From Ignavibacteria bacterium (GTDB taxonomy: Bacteria > Bacteroidota > Ignavibacteria > SZUA-365): 64,000 nt of DNA. Positions 30,001 to 40,249 of this stretch are shown here, in pieces; the stretch's first letter is position 1, and each line of letters opens with the position of its first letter. The notes under the pieces are model-generated. The model was not told the DNA's origin, did not search any database, and worked only from the letters and a program-made list of their open reading frames with translations. The translations under genes were made by a program, and so were the position numbers. Location of the stretch: contig JADKJW010000001.1 in NCBI GenBank assembly GCA_016720835.1, forward strand, positions 390,776-454,775. Reading direction: 5' to 3'.

Positions 30001-30989
30001 GGAATACCGATGGAATCGCTATAGCTAAAACTCATATTACAAATTTTAGCGCCATTGAGCGCTGCATACCGAATGCATTGGGCGGCTGATGCTGCTGAAA
30101 CACCGAGCGAATCATTTGTGACGTACTTTAATGCCATCACCTTCACTCCGGATTTATCACCCCACCCACCCGCAATTCCGGCAATACCCTTATTATTGTT
30201 AGACCGCGCAGCAAAGATACCTGCCACGCGTGTACCATGTCCTGCCGGTAAGGAGCCCGTTCCATCCTCCGGAATATTATCATTAGCGGCATAATCCCAT
30301 CCGATCAGATCGTCTATTTTCCCATTTCCATGGTTGTCAATTCCATCCAAATCTCCGCCCATCGAAACAGAATCGTAATCAGGCCTTCCATTTCCATTCC
30401 GATCCTCAAATGGATTTATCCACATGCTGTTTACAAAATCCTCATGATCGTGTCTAACGCCAATGTCAATTACCGCCACCACAATCGAACTGTCGCCGGT
30501 AGAAAAATACCACGACTGCGGCACAGCGATTGTATCCAGATTGAATTGACCATTCCAATTCAACCCGCTGCCGACATAGAGAGGATCATCCGGTGTGCCG
30601 GTGATCTGTCCCGCAATGTCGAAGCCAACAAACACATATCGTTCGGACGCGTACAAATGGCTCAGAAGCGCGAACGCGTCAACGCCCTTTCGCAACGTAA
30701 TGCAATGATAACCGCCGAACATTTCGCTTGAAACATCGTGTATTGATTTTCGGAATTCCTCCGGCCATTCAGCAATGTTTATTGAAAGCGGATTCTTCGG
30801 TTTGAGCACAACCCTATTCTCGAATATCGGGCTGTCACAGTTACCCGTACGTTGATACCATTTGCCGTTTTTATTGACATATTCGATGCCAGCAATATAT
30901 CTGGTGGTATCCTGTCCGATTGCAGGCAACGTAGACAGAATGCATGCTGCAAGCAATCCGACGAATGTACTTTTCCAAAAGGAACACAT
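27039..30989 (-). CDS. S8 subtilisin-like serine protease with right-handed beta-helix region and C-terminal T9SS sorting domain
   Basis: Signal peptide; catalytic-triad blocks VAVIDIGV..HDHEDF (Asp), GHGTRVAGIFAA (His), GTSGAAPHVTGVVALL (Ser). Later NNIFHNFQG...NLYRNCISEN beta-helix-like repeats. CTD AIFPNPASTSVSFRFTLKGDEFVTLKLYTMLGEEVVVLVDG...GVYGYNLRV. Confidence 0.85.
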   Translation of the reverse strand: MCSFWKSTFVGLLAACILSTLPAIGQDTTRYIAGIEYVNKNGKWYQRTGNCDSPIFENRVVLKPKNPLSINIAEWPEEFRKSIHDVSSEMFGGYHCITLRKGVDAFALLSHLYASERYVFVGFDIAGQITGTPDDPLYVGSGLNWNGQFNLDTIAVPQSWYFSTGDSSIVVAVIDIGVRHDHEDFVNSMWINPFEDRNGNGRPDYDSVSMGGDLDGIDNHGNGKIDDLIGWDYAANDNIPEDGTGSLPAGHGTRVAGIFAARSNNNKGIAGIAGGWGDKSGVKVMALKYVTNDSLGVSAASAAQCIRYAALNGAKICNMSFSYSDSIGIPYLAEALDSASRVYKILLVASSGNGDKDSLEYPASDSLVISVGAVSDWTQFQSRWVSFMNGSSYGNGLDVVAPTRVITTIMSGAYDGYFDGTSGAAPHVTGVVALLLSLNKELTLHQIRSTLHLSADRLPAMGDTLPHREYGWGRVNAFRALRNLYVPSVYPTVDSALRQAVPGQCVVLEAESGEHALENWNTYSRYVEMEIEHGSTLRLTDTLSVDTTNVFRLFSNDTSRSVIRFESGAFLNVTGAGVFRGSGSIEQARIHWNTDLQIADGEELTFLRGGILSFDSGRAININGSLVFDSGQFVFADSLRAIVVSTGTSPSLKVRKASTIDGIPNLLVYAPGTVMVTGEEVTPATMLFRSIDSTRGPMDVFGSLSATYTNFRGSFLQGGGREQWSGIFIGGTDASIALDHCAIADIYTNDSSLHGSALQVYGCANIENRISHCVIFRDSTVDKAGDGVFLQSSPPIRSRLRIDSSCVYGGWFTGIANNGSDGILTGNNIFHNFQGVSTGYTGGMNLYRNCISENELRGINGFDHSQYILRPDSGDTLGHNVFRNNGPCTWGYSEYSAQAVLTDCSTINTPVDSKEMNWNEFSHSNPDVARVISGDSSFAWLKGNYWGETPQEECNGVTYGVLNLDQKTRFFGGLNFLNTILCDSALCNQSLDAACNPVCGTSIVFARSIMPVALRHNNQVPFGLLKLQAGTRQALDSVLKLATSFRRVQDPLSSYKVVGQALSAFTDETSTAVLTNHLLREELTYGVKQPDSLRSNLTRLGSYLSEAIRVSTNLPRKAVFREALANVFVEAGDIHAARLIVADIRSLHSGTECAKRIIALQQLICMAEFDTAGMEQAIIDMRASGYGVVKMHTALALRAAYYRMRPSVSIFPKLWLDTAQQKSQHHPLDPSIQVAIFPNPASTSVSFRFTLKGDEFVTLKLYTMLGEEVVVLVDGHQSAGTYTIPFRLPGGLISGVYGYNLRVGTEAASGIFIIHK

Positions 30990-30990
30990 C

Positions 30991-32679
30991 TTATCCTCCT
31001 CGCTTGTTCATTCTGTAGACACCTATGGATGACCCAAGATACAGCATACCGTCGAGTGGCATAGAAAGCATGTGATTAATTATAGAACCAGTTGCAAGTG
31101 GTGTATCAATAATTCGCCAATGCAAGCCGTCATCTTCAGAAAAGAGAAAAGCGCTGCCGCCCGCCCATACATGATCGATTGAATCGGATCCATATGCAAA
31201 ACACCTTACCCATTGCTTATGGACATTTATGGTATCAGACCAGATTTTGCCGAATTCCGCACCTCTGAGAAATCCGTCACTTGTCGCGAGAAGCACTTCT
31301 CCCCGTGAATTTGGACTCAAACCGATTGCAAGCATTGCTGCAGCGCTGTTGACCGGAGGATGAGGAAGAGGGAGCGTTTTCCAGCTATGCCCCGTATCTT
31401 GAGAAAATACTATTATATCCATTTGTACTTGAGTATTTGCCGAAAATACGAAAACCGATGAATCCTGCTCACTCTGCTCAAGATTAACCCTCTGGTCTCC
31501 AACATAACCGACGTCTTGATTTATTATCCAAGTGACTTCTGGAAAACGAGTACTTGCAATACGATTCCCCGCCGCCAGCATACGGTAACCACATCTGGCA
31601 ATGCGATAGATACCCTGCTTAAGAAGATTCCCGGTAGATCCATAGCTCAGTCCGCTGTCGGCCGGCAGCCAGGGTCCATCGGGCGACGAGGAGCGATAAA
31701 TCGGAGTCAGATGCGTGTACTGCTCGCCCGTCACTGCGAGGAAAGTGCGGGCGGTGTCATCGAGAACCAGCAGATCGTGTATGTCACCGCCGTTCGGACC
31801 GGGCAACATGCTGTGCCGCCAGGCGGCGGTGTCACTGTACACGTTTTTCCAGGCGAGGCCGTAGTCGGCCGTGCAGGCGTAGAGGATGGAGTCGTGCAGC
31901 ACCAACCGCCGCACGTTCACGCCGCCGAGGCCGAGGAAGCGCCACGCGCTGCTGTCGTATACGCGGATCGTCACATCGCTGTCCCCCGCGAGCGCGTAGA
32001 ACATGTGCCGCATGGTGAAGAATCGCGGACTGGCGTCCAATGTATCCACCACGGAAAGACTCACGCGCAGTGTATCGACGCCGAACGGCAAGGGCGACGC
32101 GGCAGCAAGCGGCGGCGCAATCCCCGGCGTCGCTGTGGTCTGGGTTGCGGCCGGTGCATGGACAAGTTTGACTATCCCCGTCCGCTGCTCCGTTTGCAGA
32201 ACGGCGAAGTACAGTCCCGGCGGCACGCGGGCGCCGGTTGCGTCTCGTCCGTCCCAGGGCACGATGCGCGTCCCCGCCGGCGAGAAGCCCTCCGTCAGGA
32301 CGCGCAGCGCGCGCCCGAGGAGATCGCAGATCGCCAGGCGCACTGCGCCGGGTTGCGGCAGTGAGAAGCGCAGCGAAGTCCCGTCGGTAAATGGATTGGG
32401 GAAACCCTGCGCACGTTCGAAGTTACCGTTCGTGTGTTCCACCGCTTCCACGCCGGTGAGAAGATCGAAAAAGAAGCGCCCCGCGGCATCCGTTTTTGTC
32501 GCGAGAGTGCGCGCTGGCGCGCCTTCGACGCGGAGTTGCATGATCGCGTTGGCCACGGGAACGCTGTCCATCGCCAGTACCGTCCCGCTGAAACGGTATT
32601 GCGCCCCGGCGCGTGGAACGGCGCAAAGCAGCGCCAGCGCAAGGCATGCCGAGAGGACCGTTCCCTTTTTCGCTCGCAT
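30991..32679 (-). CDS. secreted beta-propeller (BNR/Ycf48-like) protein with N-terminal carboxypeptidase-regulatory-like and internal FlgD-Ig/T9SS-CTD-like domain
   Basis: Signal peptide MRAKKGTVLSACLALALLCAVPRAGAQ. YRFSGTVLAMDSVPVANAIMQL is followed by GFPNPFTDGTSLRFSLPQPGAVRLAICDLLGRALRVL...VPWDGRDATGARVPPGLYFAVLQ. This is a CTD-type motif set, but it sits at residues about 90-170 rather than at the C-terminus. Propeller-like repeats follow (QDTGHSWK, EDDGLHWR). Confidence 0.75.
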   Translation of the reverse strand: MRAKKGTVLSACLALALLCAVPRAGAQYRFSGTVLAMDSVPVANAIMQLRVEGAPARTLATKTDAAGRFFFDLLTGVEAVEHTNGNFERAQGFPNPFTDGTSLRFSLPQPGAVRLAICDLLGRALRVLTEGFSPAGTRIVPWDGRDATGARVPPGLYFAVLQTEQRTGIVKLVHAPAATQTTATPGIAPPLAAASPLPFGVDTLRVSLSVVDTLDASPRFFTMRHMFYALAGDSDVTIRVYDSSAWRFLGLGGVNVRRLVLHDSILYACTADYGLAWKNVYSDTAAWRHSMLPGPNGGDIHDLLVLDDTARTFLAVTGEQYTHLTPIYRSSSPDGPWLPADSGLSYGSTGNLLKQGIYRIARCGYRMLAAGNRIASTRFPEVTWIINQDVGYVGDQRVNLEQSEQDSSVFVFSANTQVQMDIIVFSQDTGHSWKTLPLPHPPVNSAAAMLAIGLSPNSRGEVLLATSDGFLRGAEFGKIWSDTINVHKQWVRCFAYGSDSIDHVWAGGSAFLFSEDDGLHWRIIDTPLATGSIINHMLSMPLDGMLYLGSSIGVYRMNKRGG

Positions 32680-32742
32680 TTCATACTCCTGTCATTGTTG
32701 TGTACGGGGAAGCTACGTTGGGTCGGACCGATTGTCAACGAT

Positions 32743-33162
32743 TCAGACAATAAGGTTCTTTGCTTCGTCTACGCACCCCACCTGCGTCCGCCATCCGACT
32801 GCGCCTCGCTGCGGTGTGAGTGAGCAGAATGCGTAGATGAACGGTTTCGCGCGGTCGTGGAGGATGCACTGGATGCGCATCCACGTCTTTGGCGTGACGG
32901 CGTTCCAGATGCGCCCCGCGTCTGCGGACCGCTGCAGATCGTACCAGTCGGCGCCGAGCTCGCCGCGAAGGAGCATCCGGGAGTGCGCGCCATACGCGGC
33001 GCGCAGTACGGGGATATAGACTCCGGGCGGGACGGTCCGCCCGATCTCATCACGCCCGTCCCAGACGGTCCGCACCTCGATGCGGTGCTGCGAGTACAGC
33101 ATGCCCGGAAAAAGCAACACGAGCGTCCATACACGACCCAGCATCGCGAACATTCCATTCAT
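32743..33162 (-). CDS. hypothetical small protein containing a FlgD-Ig/CTD-like fragment
   Basis: Signal-like N-terminus MNGMFAMLGRVWTLVLLFPGMLYSQ, then IEVRTVWDGRDEIGRTVPPGVYIPVL. This closely resembles VPWDGRDATGARVPPGLYFAVL in the adjacent gene. Confidence 0.35.
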   Translation of the reverse strand: MNGMFAMLGRVWTLVLLFPGMLYSQHRIEVRTVWDGRDEIGRTVPPGVYIPVLRAAYGAHSRMLLRGELGADWYDLQRSADAGRIWNAVTPKTWMRIQCILHDRAKPFIYAFCSLTPQRGAVGWRTQVGCVDEAKNLIV

Positions 33163-33358
33163 CTCTCATCCCACCCACTGTGATGAGCCGTGAGATTACG
33201 CATTTCCTCGGGCAAGATCAATTCCGCCTTACCGATGGCGTTTCCTTCCGCATTGTTTCCCGTACGCCGGGTCGGTAATATTGCAGGATTGACCGCACTG
33301 CGTCCTCCTTGAACCGTGCTCAAACGGACGCGCCACTCTTCGTTCCGGAGATTCTCCC

Positions 33359-36070
33359 ATGCCCAGTTTCGCGACACGCACCTCCCTCCTCCTCATCGTC
33401 CTCTCGCTCCTCGCGGCCGACGCCATAGCGCAGGATGCGCAACGAGACCATTTCCGCAAGCAGGAAATGCAACGCGCCGGCAGTCTCGCCAAGCGCCAGG
33501 CGCGCACGCTCGCGGGCGCCGCAGATTACGACGTGATCTCCTACCGTCTCACGCTCGCGATGCCCATGCTCGAGAACGGCACCTTCGGCGGGAACGTGGT
33601 CATGCGGATGAAGAGCACGGTGGACGGCCTCTCGAACGTGGTCGTGAACGCCGGCGCGAATCTGCGCGTCGACAGCGTGACGTCGGAAGGCGCGAAGCTG
33701 CTCTTCACCCATGTCGGCGACACGCTGAAGGCCACGCTCGCGTCGCCCGCTTCGAAGGGCGCCGCGCGGGAAATCACCATGTATTACAGCGCCCCGTACA
33801 CCGGCAGCGCCATCGCCGCCAAGCCCGTGACGAACGTCCCGCTCAACGTCCCCACACTCATGATCGCCTCGCAGTCGGAGCCTTACGACGCGCGCAACTG
33901 GTGGCCCTGCAAGGACGATCCGGCGGACAAGGCCGACACGGTCGATCTCATCTGCACCACGGACTCCTCGCTCTTCTGCGTCAGCAACGGCAGCCTCGTC
34001 TCCGACGTGAAACATGCCGACGGCACGCGCACCATTCACTGGCGGTCGACGTATCCGATCGCGACCTACCTCGTCTCCGTCGCGCTCGCGCAGTTCTCGT
34101 CGACGGAAACCACCTTCACGCACGGTGGAAAAACCATGCCGGTAAACAACTGGTGGTACTCGATGCAGGCGGCGCAGATGCAGCCCAGCGCCACGGCAAT
34201 GATGGAGGGATTGCAGTTTTTCTCGGATCGCTTCATCACGTACCCGTTCATCAACGAGAAATACAGCATGGCCGAATACGGGGCCTTCGGCGGCGCGATG
34301 GAACACCAGACCTGCACGTCGATGGGCTTCTACGGCGTCGGCGTCACCATCCACGAACTGGCCCACCAGTGGTTCGGCGACAAGGTCACCTGCGCAAACT
34401 TCGAGCACATCTGGCTGAACGAGGGCTGGGCCACCTACTGCGAGGCCCTGTTCGAGGAATCGAAAGGCGGCCTCGAAGCGCTGAAAAACAACATGGCCGG
34501 CAACGCGTACTTCGGCCCCGGCACGATTTACGTGTACGACGCGCTCGACAAGAACATGGGACAGATCTTCAGCGGCGACCTCAGTTACAACAAGGCGTCG
34601 TGGGTGGTGCACATGCTGCGTCACGTGGTGGGCGACAGGAATTTCTTCCCCGCGGTGAACACGTATCTCGGCTCGGACGCGCGCGAGAATTGCCGCAGCG
34701 TCACGACCCAGGAATTCCAGGGCTTCCTCGAGCGCGAGAGCGGCATGAACCTGACCCAGTTCTTCAAACAGTGGATATACGGCGACTACTTCCCGACGTA
34801 TCGTCTCGCCTGGACATCTTCGCCTTCGGGCGGCGTCACGAATGTGACCGTGACCATCGATCAGCTGAATACTCCGACGCGTCAGGTCTTTCACATGCCG
34901 ATCGACCTCACCTTCTCGCTGCCCGGCGGCGACACCACCGTCGTCGTGCATGACTCGCTCGCGACGCAGGTCTTCACCTTCGCATTCTCGGAGAAGCCGA
35001 CCACCGTGCGCCTCGACAAGGACAACTGGATCCTGAAGCGGGTGGTGCAGCCCATCAGCAACCCGACCTTCGACAAGGGCATCCTCCTCGTCAACGGCGT
35101 CGACTGGGACACGTACGCGACGGATCCGCTGAAGCAGTGCTACGAGGACTCCGTGTTCACCGGCGACAAACCCTACACGTTCTGGGATCTCTTCCCGAAT
35201 CCCGGAAGCGGCTATCCGCGCAACATCACCGCTCCCGCGGGCATCGGCGCCGTGCCGCCCGAGGAACTCGGCAAGTACTGCACCGTCGTGTGGGTGGGCA
35301 ACGCGTATGGCGGCGACGAGGCCGTCTGGCAGAACTCGAACATCTGGGAATACCTGAAGGCGGGCGGCAACGTCATCCTGCTGACGCGCCAGGGCAGATT
35401 GTTCATCACCGCCGAACTCGTGAACTTCACGGGTCTCACCTGGTCCACCGGACAGCAGCCGCCGCTCGAGGAATGCAAGGCCGAGCAGACCTGGCTGATG
35501 GACCTGGCCTTCACCGGAGAACAGAGCCTCGTGCACGCCTTCCAGCCCGCGCTCTCAAGATCGGAGAATGAGATCCTCTTCTCCGACAGCAAGGCCTTTG
35601 CGTCGAAGCAGGCGCTCGGCCTCTGGGCGAAACCGATGAGCGTCGGCGGCAAGCAGACGGGGCAGATGGTCTATATCGGCGTGCGGCCGTACCGCGTCTC
35701 CATGTCGCTGCTCAAGCCGGACATGCAGACGATACTCGACCGCATGCCCTGTGTGCCGCTCGTCAACGGCACGGATGCTGCCGGTCTGCCCCAGGGTCTC
35801 GCGCTCGCGCAGAACTATCCGAATCCGGTCACTCCCGCGAACAGCACGACAGCGATCGACTTCACGGTTCCCGGATCGTCACAGATGCAGGTCACGCTCG
35901 CCGTGTTCGACGCCCTCGGCCGCCGCGTCGCGCTGCTCGTCGATGCCGCGCTCGTGCCAGGTTCGCACCACGCATCTCTCGATACGCGCCCGCTCAGTGC
36001 CGGCGTCTACACCATCAGGCTCAGCGCGGGCGGAAGCGATGCGGTGCGAACGATGACGGTGGTGAAATAA
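33359..36070 (+). CDS. M1-family aminopeptidase (aminopeptidase N-like) with C-terminal T9SS sorting domain
   Basis: Signal peptide. GAMEHQT...HELAHQWFGDKVTCANFEHIWLNEGWATY (GxMEN-like and HExxH-x18-E motifs). CTD AQNYPNPVTPANSTTAIDFTVPGSSQMQVTLAVFDALGRRVALLVD...GVYTIRLSAG. Confidence 0.88.
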   Translation: MPSFATRTSLLLIVLSLLAADAIAQDAQRDHFRKQEMQRAGSLAKRQARTLAGAADYDVISYRLTLAMPMLENGTFGGNVVMRMKSTVDGLSNVVVNAGANLRVDSVTSEGAKLLFTHVGDTLKATLASPASKGAAREITMYYSAPYTGSAIAAKPVTNVPLNVPTLMIASQSEPYDARNWWPCKDDPADKADTVDLICTTDSSLFCVSNGSLVSDVKHADGTRTIHWRSTYPIATYLVSVALAQFSSTETTFTHGGKTMPVNNWWYSMQAAQMQPSATAMMEGLQFFSDRFITYPFINEKYSMAEYGAFGGAMEHQTCTSMGFYGVGVTIHELAHQWFGDKVTCANFEHIWLNEGWATYCEALFEESKGGLEALKNNMAGNAYFGPGTIYVYDALDKNMGQIFSGDLSYNKASWVVHMLRHVVGDRNFFPAVNTYLGSDARENCRSVTTQEFQGFLERESGMNLTQFFKQWIYGDYFPTYRLAWTSSPSGGVTNVTVTIDQLNTPTRQVFHMPIDLTFSLPGGDTTVVVHDSLATQVFTFAFSEKPTTVRLDKDNWILKRVVQPISNPTFDKGILLVNGVDWDTYATDPLKQCYEDSVFTGDKPYTFWDLFPNPGSGYPRNITAPAGIGAVPPEELGKYCTVVWVGNAYGGDEAVWQNSNIWEYLKAGGNVILLTRQGRLFITAELVNFTGLTWSTGQQPPLEECKAEQTWLMDLAFTGEQSLVHAFQPALSRSENEILFSDSKAFASKQALGLWAKPMSVGGKQTGQMVYIGVRPYRVSMSLLKPDMQTILDRMPCVPLVNGTDAAGLPQGLALAQNYPNPVTPANSTTAIDFTVPGSSQMQVTLAVFDALGRRVALLVDAALVPGSHHASLDTRPLSAGVYTIRLSAGGSDAVRTMTVVK

Positions 36071-36163
36071 GGAGATCGTCGAGCGCGGACAGTGCGGGAG
36101 TTCGCAAGGCACGTCCGTTGCGAGGTGGGCACTCCGGCGAGATCCATTGTTCGATCTCACATG

Positions 36164-36197
36164 AAAAAACAGCGCCCCTCCGGTTGGAGGGGCGCTG
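36164..36197 (-). terminator. rho-independent terminator of greA (12-bp stem CAGCGCCCCTCC / GGAGGGGCGCTG plus U-tract on minus strand)
   Basis: AAAAAA-CAGCGCCCCTCC-ggtt-GGAGGGGCGCTG read on the + strand; on the minus strand the hairpin is followed by TTTTTT. Confidence 0.6.
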
Positions 36198-36219
36198 TGC
36201 GTCACGGATGTGGCGACGG

Positions 36220-36699
36220 TTATCGGGAGATGCCCGTAATCCTGTAGTCGAGCGAGCCGGCGGGCACGACGACGTGCACCTCGTCGCCGAGCTTCTTCTT
36301 GAGCAGGGCCTTGCCGATCGGCGAGGTGACGGAAATCTTGTCGTCCTCGAAGTTCGCCTCCTCGGGGGAGACGAGTTTGTACGTCACCGTCTCGCCGTTA
36401 TTCAAATCTTCCAGCGTCACGTTGGAGAGGATGTACACGGCGTCGTTGGGGAGGTCCTTGGCTTCGATCAGCCGCGCGCGGGAGAGCACGCCTTCCAGCT
36501 TGCTGATGCGCAGTTCGAACAATCCCTGCTCTTCCTTTGCGGCGTCGTACTCGGCGTTCTCGCTGAGGTCGCCGTGCGAGCGGGCTTCGGAAATCTTGTC
36601 CGCGATCTCGGTGCGGCCCTTCGATTTCATCTCGTGCAGATCGCGCTCGAGTTCGCGCATCCGCTCGCGTGTCAGATAAACGGGTCCTGTCGTTTCCAC
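36220..36699 (-). CDS. greA: transcription elongation factor GreA
   Basis: LTRERMRELERDLHEMK...SENAEYDAAKEEQ...VSPEEAN...SPIGKALLKKKLGDEV. Confidence 0.9.
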   Translation of the reverse strand: METTGPVYLTRERMRELERDLHEMKSKGRTEIADKISEARSHGDLSENAEYDAAKEEQGLFELRISKLEGVLSRARLIEAKDLPNDAVYILSNVTLEDLNNGETVTYKLVSPEEANFEDDKISVTSPIGKALLKKKLGDEVHVVVPAGSLDYRITGISR

Positions 36700-36838
36700 G
36701 TGTCACTCCTGTGTGAGCTATCGAATACAAAAAAAGCGAAGCCAGCGTTCCGCTGTGGAATACTGGCTATGCCGCATACAACCTAGCACTTTCGAGACTG
36801 TTTGTCAACAGCCTCCCGGGCACCTTGTCGCTTTTGCC

Positions 36839-38062
36839 CTATTTTTTCAATTTTTCCTTCGCGAGGATGTGATGCCCCATCTTGTCGCGCTTGGTCTCGA
36901 GATAGAACGCGTTCACCTCGTTGGGAGGGCTCTCGATGGGGATGCGCTCGACGACGTCGAGACCGTAGCTCTGCAGACCGACGATTTTCTTCGGATTGTT
37001 GGTGAGCAGGCGCATCTTGTGCACGCCGAGATCGGCCAGGATCTGCGCGCCGATGCCGTAATCGCGCAGGTCGTCGCGGAAGCCCAGTTCGATGTTGGCC
37101 TCCACGGTGTCGCGCCCGTCGTCCTGGAGGTTGTACGCGCGGAGCTTGTTCGCGAGGCCGATGCCGCGGCCCTCCTGACGCATGTAGAGAATGACGCCCC
37201 GCCCCTCGCGTTCCACCATCATCATGGCGGCGTTGAGCTGGTCCTTGCAGTCGCAGCGCAGCGAGCCGAAGGTGTCGCCGGTGATGCACTCGGAGTGCAC
37301 GCGCACCAGCACCGGTTCATCGCCCGCGATGTCGCCGCGCACGAGGGCGAGGTGCTCCTTGCCATCCAGGACGCTCTCGTAGAGGTGGATGCGGAAGTCG
37401 CCATAGCGGGTCGGCAGCCGCGCGTCGGTCAGACGCTTGACCAGCCGCTCCTTCGCGACGCGCTCGGCGATGAGCGCCTGCACGGAGATGATGGTGAGTC
37501 CGTGCTTCTTCGCGATCTTGAGCAGCTGCGGCGTGCGCGCCATCGTGCCGTCTTCGTTCAGGATTTCGCAGAGGACCGCTACCGGCTGCAGGCCCGCCAT
37601 GCGCGCGAGGTCCACCGCCGCTTCCGTGTGTCCGGCGCGGCGAAGCACGCCTCCGGGCACCGCGCGCAGCGGGAAAATGTGGCCGGGCCGCGCGAGATCG
37701 GAGGGCCTCGTCGCCGGATCCGCGAGAGCCCGGATCGTCGCCGTGCGGTCCGAGGCGGAGATGCCGGTGGTGGTGTTGTGCACGTAATCCACCGTGATGG
37801 TGAAATTGGTGCCGTGGATCGCGGTGTTCGTGTCCACCATCATGTCGAGCCCGAGTTCGCGCATGCGTTCGTCGGTGATCGGAACGCAGACGAGACCGCG
37901 TCCCTCGGAAATCATGATGTTGACGATCTCGGGGGTGATGGTTTCGGCGGCGCAGACGAAGTCGCCCTCGTTCTCGCGGTCCTCGTCGTCGACAATGATG
38001 ATGAGTTTGCCCTCGCGGAGATCCCGGATGGCGTCGGCAACGCTGTGGAAGTGGGGGGACAT
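36839..38062 (-). CDS. ribBA: bifunctional 3,4-dihydroxy-2-butanone-4-phosphate synthase / GTP cyclohydrolase II
   Basis: [16 protein letters not shown]...; GTP cyclohydrolase II part with [20 protein letters not shown] and [17 protein letters not shown]. Confidence 0.92.
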   Translation of the reverse strand: MSPHFHSVADAIRDLREGKLIIIVDDEDRENEGDFVCAAETITPEIVNIMISEGRGLVCVPITDERMRELGLDMMVDTNTAIHGTNFTITVDYVHNTTTGISASDRTATIRALADPATRPSDLARPGHIFPLRAVPGGVLRRAGHTEAAVDLARMAGLQPVAVLCEILNEDGTMARTPQLLKIAKKHGLTIISVQALIAERVAKERLVKRLTDARLPTRYGDFRIHLYESVLDGKEHLALVRGDIAGDEPVLVRVHSECITGDTFGSLRCDCKDQLNAAMMMVEREGRGVILYMRQEGRGIGLANKLRAYNLQDDGRDTVEANIELGFRDDLRDYGIGAQILADLGVHKMRLLTNNPKKIVGLQSYGLDVVERIPIESPPNEVNAFYLETKRDKMGHHILAKEKLKK

Positions 38063-38065
38063 GCG

Positions 38066-38398
38066 TTACTTGACCGCTTCCTCTGACGCCTCTCGGATGA
38101 TGACGTTGATCGCGGAACGATCGAATTTCAACTTGACGTTGTCGGAGGCTTCAATCAGGATGGTCTTTTCGTCCACGTTGATCACTTTGCCGTGCATGCC
38201 GCCGGAGGTGATGATTTTGTCGCCCTTCTTGATGCTCTCGAGCATCTTCGTGCGTTCTTTCGCGCGTTTCTGCTGGGGACGAAGAATCATGAAATAGAAA
38301 ATGACGAAGATCATTCCGAACATGATCAGGGTCGAGACCATGCTGCTGCCGCCGTTGCCGCCGGCGGCCGGCGGGGCGAGGAGAAGGAAAGGATTCAC
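38066..38398 (-). CDS. yajC: preprotein translocase subunit YajC
   Basis: GTG start preceded by [52 protein letters not shown]...[18 protein letters not shown]. The listed ORF 38066..38497 has an upstream extension. Confidence 0.8.
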   Translation of the reverse strand: MNPFLLLAPPAAGGNGGSSMVSTLIMFGMIFVIFYFMILRPQQKRAKERTKMLESIKKGDKIITSGGMHGKVINVDEKTILIEASDNVKLKFDRSAINVIIREASEEAVK

Positions 38399-38427
38399 GA
38401 AAGGGCTCCTGAGATAAGATGAAGTCG

Positions 38428-39579
<1,152 letters not shown>

Positions 39580-39617
39580 CGCTGTCGCCGCGAGGGCGCG
39601 AACCCTGGGGCGAGGAA

Positions 39618-40076
39618 TTACTTTTTCGCCGCCGACTTCTTCTTGCTGTACACGTACGGGGCGTTCACGTTCGTGACGCGCGCAACCACATCCTCGAGCG
39701 TGACGCTCTTGAGGTAGTCGGCGAAACGATTGTTTGCCTCAACAAAGGCGTCGAGAATAACGCACATGGGCTTGAGCTGGCACTCCATCACGCCAAGACA
39801 GCAGTGGCGCTTGATGACCGGACCGTCCACCGCCTCGACCACGTCGAGAAGCGTGATGGTGTCCGGCTGCTTCGAGAGCAGATACCCGCCCGTGATTCCG
39901 CGCTGGCCGACAATGATGCGCGCAGTCGACAGCTGCTGAAAAATTTTCGCGAGATACGTGCGCGACACGTTCTGATACTCGGCGATCTCCGAGATCTGAA
40001 CAGGGTCGCCTGATTTCTTGGTGACCAGATAGACGAGTCCATGGACTGCGTAACCGGCGGATTTCGAGATGTGCAT
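39618..40076 (-). CDS. Rrf2-family transcriptional regulator (Fe-S cluster type, IscR/NsrR-like)
   Basis: MHISKSAGYAVHGLVYLV... wHTH; three Cys (HCCLGVMECQLKPMC) in the usual cluster-ligand region. Confidence 0.85.
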   Translation of the reverse strand: MHISKSAGYAVHGLVYLVTKKSGDPVQISEIAEYQNVSRTYLAKIFQQLSTARIIVGQRGITGGYLLSKQPDTITLLDVVEAVDGPVIKRHCCLGVMECQLKPMCVILDAFVEANNRFADYLKSVTLEDVVARVTNVNAPYVYSKKKSAAKK

Positions 40077-40249
40077 AGTGTGCTACGGTTGAGTTGGAAG
40101 AATGAAGCACTATTTCAGAGATAACTTATCACAATAATTGTTTCCAAAAAAGAGAAAACAAGAGTAGAGTCTGCGAAATATAGAAATCATCCGATTTAGG
40201 ATGTCGGGCGGAACCCTGCGCCCTGGTGCGGCCAATCCGGATCACGAAG

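Noticed and set aside
36783-37289. Arg-rich 168-aa ORF and other ORFs antisense to ribBA, tgt and relA
   Set aside because: Antisense to strongly supported housekeeping genes. Arg/Pro-rich artefacts
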